A stretch of DNA of 64,000 nt from Lachnospiraceae bacterium (GTDB lineage Bacteria > Bacillota > Clostridia > Lachnospirales > Lachnospiraceae). Below, piece after piece: positions 1 to 9,915 of this stretch. A program made the position numbers and the translations under genes. Where the stretch lies: assembly GCA_021771755.1 (NCBI GenBank), contig JAETOL010000014.1, positions 4,751 to 68,750 of the forward strand, given 5' to 3'. The notes beneath the pieces were generated by a model. The model saw nothing but the letters and a program-made list of their open reading frames with translations. It was not told where the DNA came from and did no database searches. Every line of letters starts with the position of its first letter. Position 1 is the stretch's first letter.

Positions 1-1
1 T

Positions 2-604
2 CAGTTCGGTCCTGACTGTGAGGTAGTCATCCATGATCTGAAAACAAATGATCCGGAAACTTCCATTGTATATATTGAAAACGGACATGTAACAAACAGA
101 GGTGTGGGAGACGGCCCATCCAATGCAGTTTTTGATGTAATCCGCCATATTCACAAAAAGCCAAACGAGATCCAGCCGGAGGATCTTAAGGATCACGCAG
201 GCTATCTGATGAAAACCTCGGATGGCAAGATCCTTAAATGCAGCACATCCTATATTCGTGATGATGACGGAAGCCTGCATTATGTATTTGGTATCAACTA
301 TGATATCTCCAGACTTACCATGATCGAAGGCGCTCTGCACGACCTGGTAACCCCTGTAAACACGGAAGAAAAGCCAAAAGAGATCACACACAATGTCAAC
401 GATCTTCTGGATCATCTGATCGAGGAATCCGTAGCCCTTGTAGGCAAGCCGGTGGCTCTCATGAACAAAGACGACAAGGTAACTGCCATTCAGTTCCTGA
501 ATGACTCCGGCGCTTTCCTTATTACCAAATCCGGCGACAAGGTTGCCAACTATTTTGGAATCTCCAAATATACTCTTTACAGCTATATTGATGTAAATAA
601 GTAA
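2..604 (+). CDS. YheO-like PAS + HTH transcriptional regulator (5' end outside window)
   Basis: The frame is open from base 2 (QFGPDCEVVIHDLKTNDPETSIVYIENGH...), typical of the YheO-like PAS domain. The C-terminal HTH is ANYFGISKYTLYSYI. The ORF-track entry 104..604 is only the part after an internal GTG. Confidence 0.7.
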   Translation, partial: QFGPDCEVVIHDLKTNDPETSIVYIENGHVTNRGVGDGPSNAVFDVIRHIHKKPNEIQPEDLKDHAGYLMKTSDGKILKCSTSYIRDDDGSLHYVFGINYDISRLTMIEGALHDLVTPVNTEEKPKEITHNVNDLLDHLIEESVALVGKPVALMNKDDKVTAIQFLNDSGAFLITKSGDKVANYFGISKYTLYSYIDVNK

Positions 605-607
605 TCA

Positions 608-635
608 GAAAACCCGGCACAGACGGCCGGGTTTT
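608..635. terminator. Bidirectional stem-loop between convergent genes
   Basis: AAAACCCGGC-ACAGACG-GCCGGGTTTT: GC-rich stem CCCGGC/GCCGGG flanked by an A-run and a T-run, between the stops at 604 (+) and 638 (-). Confidence 0.6.
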
Positions 636-637
636 CT

Positions 638-1624
638 TTATCTGCTGATCATTCTTCTGATCACATCTATGGTTTCTTTCATTCCGTAATTGGCGCTGTT
701 GATACATAGATCATAGTTCTCGGGTTTTCCCCACTTTTCTCCTGTATAAAACTCATAATACTTTCTGTGCTGCCGGTCCATTTTTTTCAGAAAACGAACC
801 GCCTGCTTCAGGTTCATATTCCGGACTTCCATAATGTGCTGTGTACGCACGGAAAAAGGCGCGCTGATAAAAAGACTGATGTGAGGGATATGATTATTTT
901 TCAGAATCATATCCGCACAGCGGCCCATAATGATACAGTCCTCTGTTTTTGCCAGATTGCAGATCAGATCACTCATGTTAAAAAATACCGCATCCTGTTT
1001 ATTCAGTCCATGATAACGGTTAAACTCACGGAATCTTTCTTTTAAAGATAATCTTTTCTTCTTGGTGTACTTATTGAACTCCACGAAGTTTTCTGCATCA
1101 TTCACCTCATCTCTGTCTGCCTCAAGGCGTTTTAAAACCTGATCAAAAATTTCCACATCATAATAATTGATCTTCAGTTCATCTGCCAGTTCAAATCCAA
1201 TATCATTTCCTGCGCTGCCCTGGGTACGGCTGATGCAGATCACCAGATGATCGTCTTTGGATATTTTTTCTTTTCCTGCAGCCAGGTTCAGAGAAAGCCG
1301 GTCCCGATCCAGAATATCCACTCTTCCAAATCCGTCCGGAAGAGCCTCTACTTCTTTGAGGATATCGTTATATTTCCGCATGAGGCGGGACTTTTCTTCC
1401 TTATCCTGAATGGTACGGGCCATGTTACTGATCAGGGCAAGCTCACTTCTCAGCAGATGACCATCCGGCTTGGTATACATCAGCATACTTAAGGTACGGA
1501 CCGTTGCCTCTCTTCCCCCGGTAAAGGTACGGCCCAGAGAAGATCCCACACATTCATAAACCTCACCGTCAAGATCATAGATCCGGTTGGCAAGTTCTTT
1601 ATATTTTTTCTGATTTTCTTCCAT
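638..1624 (-). CDS. Cytidylate kinase-like family protein with an N-terminal extension of about 125 aa
   Basis: The C-terminal 200 aa resemble the cytidylate-kinase-like (Cytidylate_kin2) family: VICISRTQGSAGNDIGFELADELKINYYD ... RCADMIL ... VFISAP. The P-loop is degenerate, as usual in this family. Confidence 0.55.
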   Translation of the reverse strand: MEENQKKYKELANRIYDLDGEVYECVGSSLGRTFTGGREATVRTLSMLMYTKPDGHLLRSELALISNMARTIQDKEEKSRLMRKYNDILKEVEALPDGFGRVDILDRDRLSLNLAAGKEKISKDDHLVICISRTQGSAGNDIGFELADELKINYYDVEIFDQVLKRLEADRDEVNDAENFVEFNKYTKKKRLSLKERFREFNRYHGLNKQDAVFFNMSDLICNLAKTEDCIIMGRCADMILKNNHIPHISLFISAPFSVRTQHIMEVRNMNLKQAVRFLKKMDRQHRKYYEFYTGEKWGKPENYDLCINSANYGMKETIDVIRRMISR

Positions 1625-1639
1625 CTCTGTCCGCCCTCC

Positions 1640-2995
1640 TTACCTAAAGAATACCAGCGTATCAATCACAAATACAGGTACAAGAAATACCAGGGACCAG
1701 AGCATATAGCCAAAAAATGACGGCATATTGACACCGTTTTCATCCGAAATGGATTTTACCATAAAGTTCGGTGCATTTCCGATATAGGTATTTGCTCCCA
1801 TAAATACGGCTCCGCAGGAAACTGCAGAAAGCACTTTTTGCGGAACGGTTCCAAGAGAGGTTGCAATGCCCTGTGTAAATCCAAGAGTCCCTGCTGTTGT
1901 CAGAAATACCAGATAGGTAGGTGTATTGTCAAGGAAGCTGGACAGCGTTCCGGTTGCCCAGAACATCTGGAAGGGTTCTGTCACTCCAAGTTCCGGTCCA
2001 ACTGCCTTCAGAAGCATCAAAGCCGGCTGCATGGTGATAAAAATGCCAATGAACAATACGGCGACTTCCTTAATCGCTCCCCAGGTAAAATGGTTTCTCC
2101 TTCGGATTTCACTTTTGGTCGTCTTAAAAGAAAACCATGCGGCAAGAAGAATCAGCACGATCTCAATCATCGCCGGGAAGGTCAGCGTTACTTCGCCAAA
2201 AATATGGATTCCCCGCACGTTACCGGCAGCATCCTGAAATGCAGACATCCCCGGAAGGACTCCGCTCAGGATCACAGCTGCTACGATCATAACCAGAAAG
2301 ACAATGTTATGTAATCCGTCAATGCTAAATTCTGTACCCGGCTTACTGATATCCGGTTTTCTTCCCCGGGCAATATCCTTTCTGTAAGCCCATTTATCCA
2401 GATGATAAAAAACAAACAAAAGGATCGCCATATTAAAGATCAGAACCGGGAACAGATGCATGCTCCAGAAAAACGGCACACCCCTCATGAATCCCATGAG
2501 AAGAGGCGGATCTCCGATAGGTGTCAGACAGCCTCCCATATTGGATACCATAAAAATAAAAAACACCATAATATGGCTTTTTCTTTTTCTCCAGGAATTC
2601 ATCTTGATCACCGGGCGCACCATCAGCATACTTGCACCGGTCGTTCCGATACAGCTTGCAAGAAGGGTTCCCAGCGCAAGCAGACCCACATTGATTCTCG
2701 GGGAGCCTGCAAAATCTCCCTCCATTGTTATATTACCGGACACGCAAAACAATCCGAACAAAAGAACAATAAATGTCAGATAATCATTTACGGTACATTC
2801 CAGCACAGTTTCTGCTGCTTTATGAGGTCCGTAAACAAAAGCAAAAGGCACGAGCATAAGCAGGATCCAGAAGCCGACCACCAGAGGCTGATGGGATTCC
2901 CACCACTCACCTTTGATCAACGGCATGACCGCAATGCTCAGTAAAAGACCTGCAAATGGTATGCATAACAACAGTTCCAATACCAACACCCCCAT
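1640..2995 (-). CDS. Polytopic anion/cation permease of the ArsB/NhaD/CitMHS superfamily (often annotated sodium:proton antiporter)
   Basis: 451 aa, hydrophobic throughout with more than 10 predicted TM segments, and the composition and length of the IT superfamily. No clear SD before the ATG at 2995, so the start is uncertain. Confidence 0.55.
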   Translation of the reverse strand: MGVLVLELLLCIPFAGLLLSIAVMPLIKGEWWESHQPLVVGFWILLMLVPFAFVYGPHKAAETVLECTVNDYLTFIVLLFGLFCVSGNITMEGDFAGSPRINVGLLALGTLLASCIGTTGASMLMVRPVIKMNSWRKRKSHIMVFFIFMVSNMGGCLTPIGDPPLLMGFMRGVPFFWSMHLFPVLIFNMAILLFVFYHLDKWAYRKDIARGRKPDISKPGTEFSIDGLHNIVFLVMIVAAVILSGVLPGMSAFQDAAGNVRGIHIFGEVTLTFPAMIEIVLILLAAWFSFKTTKSEIRRRNHFTWGAIKEVAVLFIGIFITMQPALMLLKAVGPELGVTEPFQMFWATGTLSSFLDNTPTYLVFLTTAGTLGFTQGIATSLGTVPQKVLSAVSCGAVFMGANTYIGNAPNFMVKSISDENGVNMPSFFGYMLWSLVFLVPVFVIDTLVFFR

Positions 2996-3134
2996 CTAAG
3001 ATTTTTGATATCGGAATTATAGCATACGAAGTTCAAAAATCAATGATAAAAAACATTAAAAACACTAGAATAATTGTTTTAATTTTTGTGCAAATTTGTA
3101 CAATAGCGTTTATTATCTTTTGTTATGCTTCTTA

Positions 3135-4379
3135 TCAGGTCAGCTTATGGATAAACAGACCACTTCTGAGCTTTGGTTCAAACCACGTAGACTTCGGAGG
3201 CATAAGCCTGCCCTCATCTGCAATCTGCATCAGTTCTTCCATAGAAGTCGGATACATGGCAAAGGCCACGCCTCCTGTTTCATCTGCCATTTCCTGCAAT
3301 TCTCTCAGTTTATGGCTTCCTCCCACAAACCGGATCCGTTCATCTGTTCTTGGATCTTTGATGCCCAGGATCGGATTCAGGACTTTTTCCTGAAGGAGAG
3401 AGACATCCAGCTGCTGCACAATATCCAGATCCCTGTAAATGTCCTCCCAGGTTTTCAGATGATACCACTCACCGCCCACATACATTCCCATACAGTGCTT
3501 TTCCACCGGCTTGCAGGGAAATCCCGGCATGATCATCAGTTCAAAATTATATTTCAGGCTTCCAAGAAAGGCTTTTTCCGTAAGGCCGTTCAGATCCTTC
3601 ACCACACGATTATAGGAAAGAATGGTAAGCTGATCTGCCGGGAATACAACGGACAGAAAATAATTAAACTCTTCTGCTCCGGTATAACCGGGATTCTCTG
3701 CTCTTCTCTTCTGTCCCACTTTTACTGCGGAAGCTGCACGATGATGACCGTCCGCAATATAAAGAGAAGGAATCTCCTGGAATTCTTTTTTTATTGTTCC
3801 GCACACATCTTTTTCATCGATCACCCAGACCCGGTGGCCAATCTGATCCTCTGAAACAAAATCATATACCGGACAATGGTTTTCCTTCCAGTGATCGATC
3901 AGTTCAAGAAGGCTATTGGAATATTGGCATGCCAGAAAGATCGGTCCTGTATTTGCATCACATACATCTACATGGCGGATACGATCCTGCTCCTTGTCTT
4001 CTCTGGTAAGCTCATGTCTCTTTATGGTTCCTTCCATATAATCATCAATGGAACAGCAGCCTGCAATGCCTGTCTGTGTTTTTCCTTTTCTGGTAAGTTC
4101 ATAAATATAGTAGCAGGGCTCTTCATCCTGAATCAGAGTCCCGTTCTTTTCCATATTCATCAGATTCTCTGCTGCTTTTTCATATACACGGTCATCATAG
4201 AGATCTGTTTTCTCCGGAAGATCCATCTCTGCACGGTCTACATGGAGAAAGGAATCCGGATTCTTTTTTCCGATCAGAGCGGCTTCCTCTCTGCTGACCA
4301 CATCATAGGGCAAAGCCGCTACCTGTGCTGCTTTTTCCGCAGTGGGACGCAGCGCCCGAAATGCCTGAAAAACTGCCAT
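3135..4379 (-). CDS. DUF1015 family protein
   Basis: MAVFQAFRALRPT..., IADGHHR and PPKSTWFEPKLRSGL are hallmarks of DUF1015. I placed the start at the ATG at 4379, preceded by AAAAGGAGGAAAAG, rather than at the longer ORF start 4538. Confidence 0.8.
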   Translation of the reverse strand: MAVFQAFRALRPTAEKAAQVAALPYDVVSREEAALIGKKNPDSFLHVDRAEMDLPEKTDLYDDRVYEKAAENLMNMEKNGTLIQDEEPCYYIYELTRKGKTQTGIAGCCSIDDYMEGTIKRHELTREDKEQDRIRHVDVCDANTGPIFLACQYSNSLLELIDHWKENHCPVYDFVSEDQIGHRVWVIDEKDVCGTIKKEFQEIPSLYIADGHHRAASAVKVGQKRRAENPGYTGAEEFNYFLSVVFPADQLTILSYNRVVKDLNGLTEKAFLGSLKYNFELMIMPGFPCKPVEKHCMGMYVGGEWYHLKTWEDIYRDLDIVQQLDVSLLQEKVLNPILGIKDPRTDERIRFVGGSHKLRELQEMADETGGVAFAMYPTSMEELMQIADEGRLMPPKSTWFEPKLRSGLFIHKLT

Positions 4380-4422
4380 AATATTTTCTTTTCCTCCTTT
4401 TTTATGCCACAAATATGTATTT

Positions 4423-4451
4423 ATTTTAGCATAGGCTCCGTGTCTCTTCAA
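4423..4451 (-). promoter_or_regulatory. Candidate sigma-A promoter of the DUF1015 operon
   Basis: On the minus strand: TTGAAG - 17 nt - TAAAAT, about 45 nt upstream of the ATG at 4379. Confidence 0.4.
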
Positions 4452-4498
4452 GGTCACTAAATTTTTTTTGAAAAACCTAAAAATTTTTGTATTTCCTA

Positions 4499-4526
4499 TT
4501 GCAAAATCCCGTAAGTATGGTATGAT
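4499..4526 (+). promoter_or_regulatory. Candidate extended -10 promoter of ygeX operon
   Basis: TTGCAA - 16 nt - TGgTATGAT, about 60 nt upstream of the ygeX ATG. Confidence 0.45.
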
Positions 4527-4587
4527 AGACATAAGCAAACAGGTATTAATCAGTACTAATTAAATTTTTTAAGGAGGGTTTTTTCAA

Positions 4588-5817
4588 ATGACTGAAGGAT
4601 TAAAATGGACTGTTAACCAGGTACCAAAATCCGACGACAGATTCCTGGATCTTATGTCTGAGGAAAATGTAGCAAAAGCAAATGAATTTCACAAAAGTTT
4701 CCCACAGTATACGGTAACTCCGCTTCAGAAACTTTCCGCTCTTGCTTCCTATCTTGGAGTAAAAAATATTTTCTGTAAAGATGAATCTTACCGTTTTGGC
4801 TTAAATGCGTTTAAGGTTCTGGGCGGTTCCTACGCAATGGGACGCTATATTGCAAAGGAACTTGATCGTGATATCAGCGAGCTTCCTTTCAACGTTCTTT
4901 CTTCTGAAAAATTAAGAGAAGAATTTGGTCAGGCTACTTTCTTCACTGCTACAGACGGAAACCACGGACGAGGCGTTGCATGGGCAGCAAACCGTCTTGG
5001 ACAGAAGGCTGTTGTAAGAATGCCAAAGGGAACTACCAAAACAAGATTTGACAACATCGCTAAAGAAGGCGCTACCGTTACAATCGAAGAATGTAACTAT
5101 GATGACTGTGTAAGAATGGCCGCAGCCGAGGCTGCAAAAACCGAACACGGCATCATCGTTCAGGATACCGCATGGGACGGTTATGAAGAGATTCCTTCCT
5201 GGATCATGCAGGGTTACGGCACCATGGTAAGAGAAGCTGATCAGCAGCTGAAAGAACAGGGCATTGACCGTCCGACTCATGTATTCGTTCAGGCAGGCGT
5301 TGGTTCTCTGGCAGGTGCGGTTGTAGGCTACTTTGCTAACAAATATAAAGAGAATCCTCCGGTAATGGTGGTTTGTGAAGCCGGCGCTGCTGACTGTCTC
5401 TATCGTTCCGCTATGGAAAAAACCGGTGATCTTGTAAATGTTACCGGTGATCTTCAGACAATCATGGCTGGTCTTGCATGCGGCGAAGGAAACACCATCG
5501 GATGGGATATCTTAAGAAACCACGTAACCGTATTTGCATCCTGTCCGGACTGGATGAGTGCAAAAGCAACCAGAATCTATGCAAATCCTCTGGAGAATGA
5601 TCCGCATATCGTTTCCGGCGAATCCGGTTCTGTTCCTCTCGGACTTTGCTATACCGCGCTTCATGATGCAGATGCAGCTGATCTCAAAGAAGCACTGAAA
5701 CTGGATGAAAACTCCAATGTTCTCGTAATCTCTACAGAAGGAGATACGGATCCGGTTCGCTATCGCGAAATCGTATGGGACGGACTTTACGGAACTGACA
5801 CATCATTAAGTGAATAA
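4588..5817 (+). CDS. ygeX: Diaminopropionate ammonia-lyase (PLP-dependent)
   Basis: Full-length similarity to YgeX/DpaL: FPQYTVTPLQKL, the PLP-lysine region NAFKVLGGSYA, and GVGSLAGAV. RBS is AAGGAGGG. Confidence 0.9.
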   Translation: MTEGLKWTVNQVPKSDDRFLDLMSEENVAKANEFHKSFPQYTVTPLQKLSALASYLGVKNIFCKDESYRFGLNAFKVLGGSYAMGRYIAKELDRDISELPFNVLSSEKLREEFGQATFFTATDGNHGRGVAWAANRLGQKAVVRMPKGTTKTRFDNIAKEGATVTIEECNYDDCVRMAAAEAAKTEHGIIVQDTAWDGYEEIPSWIMQGYGTMVREADQQLKEQGIDRPTHVFVQAGVGSLAGAVVGYFANKYKENPPVMVVCEAGAADCLYRSAMEKTGDLVNVTGDLQTIMAGLACGEGNTIGWDILRNHVTVFASCPDWMSAKATRIYANPLENDPHIVSGESGSVPLGLCYTALHDADAADLKEALKLDENSNVLVISTEGDTDPVRYREIVWDGLYGTDTSLSE

Positions 5818-5872
5818 CTGTAAAACAAAAACTTACTACTAATTAATCAATTTATTATGGGAGGTATTTATC

Positions 5873-7183
5873 ATGGATTACGCAAAAATTAACGAGGCCG
5901 CTCAGAATTATCTGGACGACATGGCCAGATTCTTAAGAGCAATCGTAAAAAACCCGGGAGAAAGCTGCGATGAAAAAGCACACATCGACACAATTGCAGC
6001 AGAAATGAAAAAACTGGACTTCGACGAAGTCGTAATCGATCCGCAGGGTAACGTGATCGGATACATGGGTACCGGTGATAAGATCATTGCTTATGATGCA
6101 CATATTGATACCGTTGGTATCGGAAATATCGAAAACTGGAAATTTGATCCATACGAAGGCTATGAGACAGACGAAGAAATCGGCGGACGTGGTGTGTCTG
6201 ACCAGTGCGGCGGAATCGTATCTGCTGTTTACGGCGCAAGAATCATGAAAGACCTGGACCTGATTCCGGAAGGCTGCAAGATCATGGTAGTTGGTACAGT
6301 TCAGGAAGAAGACTGTGACGGTCTCTGCTGGCAGTACATCATCAACGAAGACAAGGTTCGTCCGGAATTCGTAGTTTCCACTGAGCCTACTGACGGCGGT
6401 ATCTACAGAGGACAGCGTGGACGTATGGAAATCCGTATTGATGTCAAAGGTGTTTCCTGCCATGGTTCCGCTCCTGAGCGTGGTGACAACGCAATCTACA
6501 AAATGGCTGATATCCTTCAGGATGTTCGTGCTCTTAATGAAAATGACGACGCTGACGAGACAGAGATCAAAGGTCTTGTAAAAATGCTGAACCCGAAATA
6601 CAATCCGGACTGGGAAGAGGCAAGATTCCTTGGACGCGGTACTGTTACCTGCTCCCAGATCTTCTACACCTCCCCAAGCCGCTGTGCTGTTGCTGACTCC
6701 TGTGCAGTATCTCTTGACAGACGTATGACATTTGGTGAAACATGGGAAAGCTGTCTGGATGAGATCCGCGCTCTTCCAAGTGTTCAGAAATACGGTGATG
6801 ACGTTGTTGTTTCCATGTACAACTACGACCGTCCTTCCTACACCGGCTGCGTATATGAGATCGAGTGCTACTTCCCGACATGGGCAATTCCGAAGGATCA
6901 CAAGGTAACAAAAGCCCTTGAGGATGCTTACAAGAACCTTTACGGCGAAACAAGACTCGGAAACGCAGAGACAGAAGCTATGAGAAAGTCTCGTCCTCTT
7001 ACAGACAAATGGACCTTCTCTACTAACGGCGTTTCCATTATGGGACGTAACGGAATCCCATGTATCGGTTTCGGACCGGGTGCTGAAGCACAGGCTCATG
7101 CTCCGAACGAAAAAACATGGAAGGTTGACCTGGTAAGATGTGCTGCTGTTTACGCTGCTCTTCCGGCTTCCTACTGCAAATAA
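5873..7183 (+). CDS. ygeY: YgeY-family M20 peptidase/deacylase (selenium-metabolism-linked hydrolase)
   Basis: M20 metal-ligand motifs ([22 protein letters not shown]) and a YgeY-type N-terminus. It sits between ygeX and ygeW as in E. coli. RBS is GGGAGG. Confidence 0.88.
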   Translation: MDYAKINEAAQNYLDDMARFLRAIVKNPGESCDEKAHIDTIAAEMKKLDFDEVVIDPQGNVIGYMGTGDKIIAYDAHIDTVGIGNIENWKFDPYEGYETDEEIGGRGVSDQCGGIVSAVYGARIMKDLDLIPEGCKIMVVGTVQEEDCDGLCWQYIINEDKVRPEFVVSTEPTDGGIYRGQRGRMEIRIDVKGVSCHGSAPERGDNAIYKMADILQDVRALNENDDADETEIKGLVKMLNPKYNPDWEEARFLGRGTVTCSQIFYTSPSRCAVADSCAVSLDRRMTFGETWESCLDEIRALPSVQKYGDDVVVSMYNYDRPSYTGCVYEIECYFPTWAIPKDHKVTKALEDAYKNLYGETRLGNAETEAMRKSRPLTDKWTFSTNGVSIMGRNGIPCIGFGPGAEAQAHAPNEKTWKVDLVRCAAVYAALPASYCK

Positions 7184-7193
7184 ATCATTTTGC

Positions 7194-7217
7194 GAGGGAG
7201 CGAAGCTCCGCTCCCTC
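7194..7217 (+). terminator. Stem-loop between ygeY and ygeW (partial terminator or processing site)
   Basis: GAGGGAGCG-AAGCTC-CGCTCCCTC, a 9-bp GC-rich stem. A T-run (GATTTTTT) follows only 12 nt later. Confidence 0.4.
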
Positions 7218-7292
7218 TATGCTCTCTGATTTTTTATAAAGCTATAAGCTATTCATATTAAACTATACATTAAAAATAAAAGGAGATTTTAC

Positions 7293-8486
7293 ATGAAAAC
7301 ATTACAGGATTATATCGACAAATTAAACAGCCTGAACTTTAAGGAGATGTACAACAACGACTTCTTCTGGACATGGGACAAGACAGACGAGGAACTTGAG
7401 GCTGTATTTACTGTTGCTGACGCTCTTCGTTTCATGAGAGAAAACAACATTTCCACTAAAGTATTCGAGAGCGGTCTTGGAATCTCTATCTTCCGTGACA
7501 ACTCTACAAGAACACGTTTCTCTTTTGCTTCTGCATGTAACCTTCTTGGTCTTGAAGTTCAGGATCTGGATGAGAAAAAATCTCAGATCGCTCATGGCGA
7601 AACTGTTCGTGAAACTGCAAACATGGTTTCCTTTATGGCTGACGTAATCGGTATCCGTGACGATATGTACATCGGCAAAGGACATGCTTACCAGAAAGAA
7701 TTTATGGACGCTGTAACAGAAGGAAACAAAGACGGTATTCTTGAGCAGAGACCGACTCTTGTAAACCTTCAGTGTGACGTTGACCATCCGACACAGTGTA
7801 TGGCTGATATGCTTCACATCATCCATGAATTTGGCGGTGTTGAGAACCTGAAAGGCAAAAAACTTGCCATGACATGGGCTTACTCTCCTTCCTACGGAAA
7901 ACCACTTTCCGTTCCTCAGGGTGTAATCGGTCTTATGACACGTTTCGGTATGGACGTTGTTCTTGCTCATCCGGAAGGATATGATGTAATGCCTGAGATC
8001 GAAGAGATCGCAAAGAAAAATGCAGAAGCTACCGGCGGTTCCTTCACAAAGACAAACAGCATGGAAGAAGCATTCAAGGATGCTGATATCGTTTATCCGA
8101 AGAGCTGGGCTCCTTTCGCAGCTATGGAAAAACGTACAAACCTTTACGGCGAAGGCGACTTTGACGGAATCGACAAACTGGAGAAAGAACTTCTTGCACA
8201 GAACGCACAGCACAAAGACTGGGCTTGTACAGAAGAACTCATGAAAACAACAAAAGACGGAAAAGCACTCTATCTGCACTGCCTGCCAGCTGACATCACA
8301 GGTGTAAGCTGCGAGACAGGTGAGGTTGATGCAAGCGTATTTGACCGCTACAGAATCCCGCTTTACAAAGAAGCAAGCTTTAAACCATATGTGATCGCTG
8401 CAATGATCATGCTGTCCAAATTTGAGAAACCTCAGGATGTTCTCAAAAAACTGGAAGTAAAAGCAGCACCAAGAATCCTTAAATAA
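7293..8486 (+). CDS. ygeW: Knotted carbamoyltransferase YgeW
   Basis: Carbamoyl-phosphate motif STRTR (DNSTRTRFSF), HCLP motif (LYLHCLPA), and the YgeW-type N-terminus with FFWTWDK. Confidence 0.9.
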   Translation: MKTLQDYIDKLNSLNFKEMYNNDFFWTWDKTDEELEAVFTVADALRFMRENNISTKVFESGLGISIFRDNSTRTRFSFASACNLLGLEVQDLDEKKSQIAHGETVRETANMVSFMADVIGIRDDMYIGKGHAYQKEFMDAVTEGNKDGILEQRPTLVNLQCDVDHPTQCMADMLHIIHEFGGVENLKGKKLAMTWAYSPSYGKPLSVPQGVIGLMTRFGMDVVLAHPEGYDVMPEIEEIAKKNAEATGGSFTKTNSMEEAFKDADIVYPKSWAPFAAMEKRTNLYGEGDFDGIDKLEKELLAQNAQHKDWACTEELMKTTKDGKALYLHCLPADITGVSCETGEVDASVFDRYRIPLYKEASFKPYVIAAMIMLSKFEKPQDVLKKLEVKAAPRILK

Positions 8487-8568
8487 ATTCTTCTAAAAGA
8501 GTGACAGGGCCTGTGGAGCATTGTTCTGCAAGGTCCTTCTCTTTTCTTATCATTCAGGAGGTTTTTAC

Positions 8569-9513
8569 ATGTATAAGCGTAAACGAATCGTAATTGCACT
8601 GGGAGGAAACGCATTGGGGAACACTCTCCCGGAACAGATGGTAGCTGTAAAAACAACAGCAAAGGCTCTCTGTGACCTGATCGAAGATGGTCATCAGGTA
8701 GTAGTTGTCCACGGAAACGGACCACAGGTAGGTATGATCAACAATGCTATGGCAGCCCTTTCCCGTGAGGACGCCAATCAGCCTAACACTCCCCTCTCCG
8801 TATGCGTGGCAATGAGCCAGGCCTATATCGGATATGATCTTCAGAACGCACTCCGCGAGGAACTTCGCAAAAGAGGATTTGTGCGTACTCCGGTGGTTAC
8901 CGTAGTCACACAGGTTCGTGTAGATCCGGAAGATCCTGCTTTCCAGAATCCCAGCAAGCCTATCGGACATTTCATGACAAAAGAAGAGGCAGAACATGCA
9001 GAAAAAGCATACGGATACATCACAAAAGAAGATGCCGGCCGTGGCTACCGTCGTGTCGTTGCTTCTCCTAAGCCTGTGGAGATCGTAGAACAGGATGCCA
9101 TTAACAGCCTTGTGGATGCCAATAAGATCGTCATCTGCTGCGGAGGCGGCGGAATCCCGGTAACCCTTCAGGGAGATCACTTAAAAGGCGCTTCTGCCGT
9201 GATCGATAAAGATTTTGCCAGCTGTCTTCTTGCCAAAGAGCTGGATGCAGATATGCTGATCATCCTGACCGCAGTAGAAAAAGTTGCCATCAACTTTGGT
9301 AAAGAAAACGAAGAATGGCTCAGTGACCTTACTGTAGAGGAAGCTAAGAAATATGTAGACGAAGGACATTTCGCTGCAGGATCCATGCTTCCGAAGGTTC
9401 AGGCAGCTATGGACTTCGCTTCTTCCGGAAAAGGACGTACCGCTATGATCACACTTCTGGAAAAAGCAAAAGACGGAATCCAGGGAAAAACAGGAACCAC
9501 CATTCATCTGTAA
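8569..9513 (+). CDS. arcC: Carbamate kinase
   Basis: MYKRKRIVIALGGNALG..., VVVHGNGPQVG and CCGGGGIPV are carbamate kinase signatures. I chose the start at ATG 8569 after CAGGAGG. This is the YqeA equivalent of the E. coli cluster. Confidence 0.9.
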   Translation: MYKRKRIVIALGGNALGNTLPEQMVAVKTTAKALCDLIEDGHQVVVVHGNGPQVGMINNAMAALSREDANQPNTPLSVCVAMSQAYIGYDLQNALREELRKRGFVRTPVVTVVTQVRVDPEDPAFQNPSKPIGHFMTKEEAEHAEKAYGYITKEDAGRGYRRVVASPKPVEIVEQDAINSLVDANKIVICCGGGGIPVTLQGDHLKGASAVIDKDFASCLLAKELDADMLIILTAVEKVAINFGKENEEWLSDLTVEEAKKYVDEGHFAAGSMLPKVQAAMDFASSGKGRTAMITLLEKAKDGIQGKTGTTIHL

Positions 9514-9533
9514 AAAAAGCCAGAAATAAAAAA

Positions 9534-9590
9534 ACTCCCGGCAGATATTCCAGCAGACACATCTGCATGTCATTGGAATATGCCGGGAGT
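9534..9590. terminator. Bidirectional terminator (arcC on + strand, BMC operon on - strand)
   Basis: Long stem ACTCCCGGCAGATATTCCA / TGGAATATGCCGGGAGT with an inner GCAGA-CACA-TCTGC hairpin. An A-run lies upstream and CTTTGTTTATTT downstream. Confidence 0.65.
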
Positions 9591-9596
9591 CTTTGT

Positions 9597-9890
9597 TTAT
9601 TTGTTGAAATGATGCTTTTCTGCTTCCTCTTCTACCAGACGTACCGTCTCCTCTGAAGGATTGGAAATTACCGCTGCTGCAATCACCTCACAGGGAGGAT
9701 TGCCCTTGACACTCTCCACAGCAGCTGTCACCGCGGAAACATCACCGCTTAAAAATACAGTGGCATGACCGCCGCATTTTGTATTCCAGGTACGAAAAGC
9801 TACATCAGATGTCTTCAGCATCTGATCGATCACCAGGATGGCATTGCTGCTTCCCAGCACCTCTACCAGTCCAAATGCTCCATATCTCAT
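9597..9890 (-). CDS. BMC-H type microcompartment shell protein (single BMC domain)
   Basis: AFGLVEVLGSSNAILVIDQMLKTSDV...GGHATVFLSGDVSAVTAAVESV aligns by eye to PduA/EutM, including the D-x-x-x-K edge motif. RBS is GTGAGGAAA. Confidence 0.85.
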   Translation of the reverse strand: MRYGAFGLVEVLGSSNAILVIDQMLKTSDVAFRTWNTKCGGHATVFLSGDVSAVTAAVESVKGNPPCEVIAAAVISNPSEETVRLVEEEAEKHHFNK

Positions 9891-9915
9891 AACGATTTCC
9901 TCACTTTATCCAAAA

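Noticed and set aside
5933-7099. 388-aa ORF antisense to ygeY
   Set aside because: It lies entirely opposite a confidently recognised gene. It has no RBS and no recognisable motif, and its Cys/Val/Phe-rich composition is typical of antisense reading.
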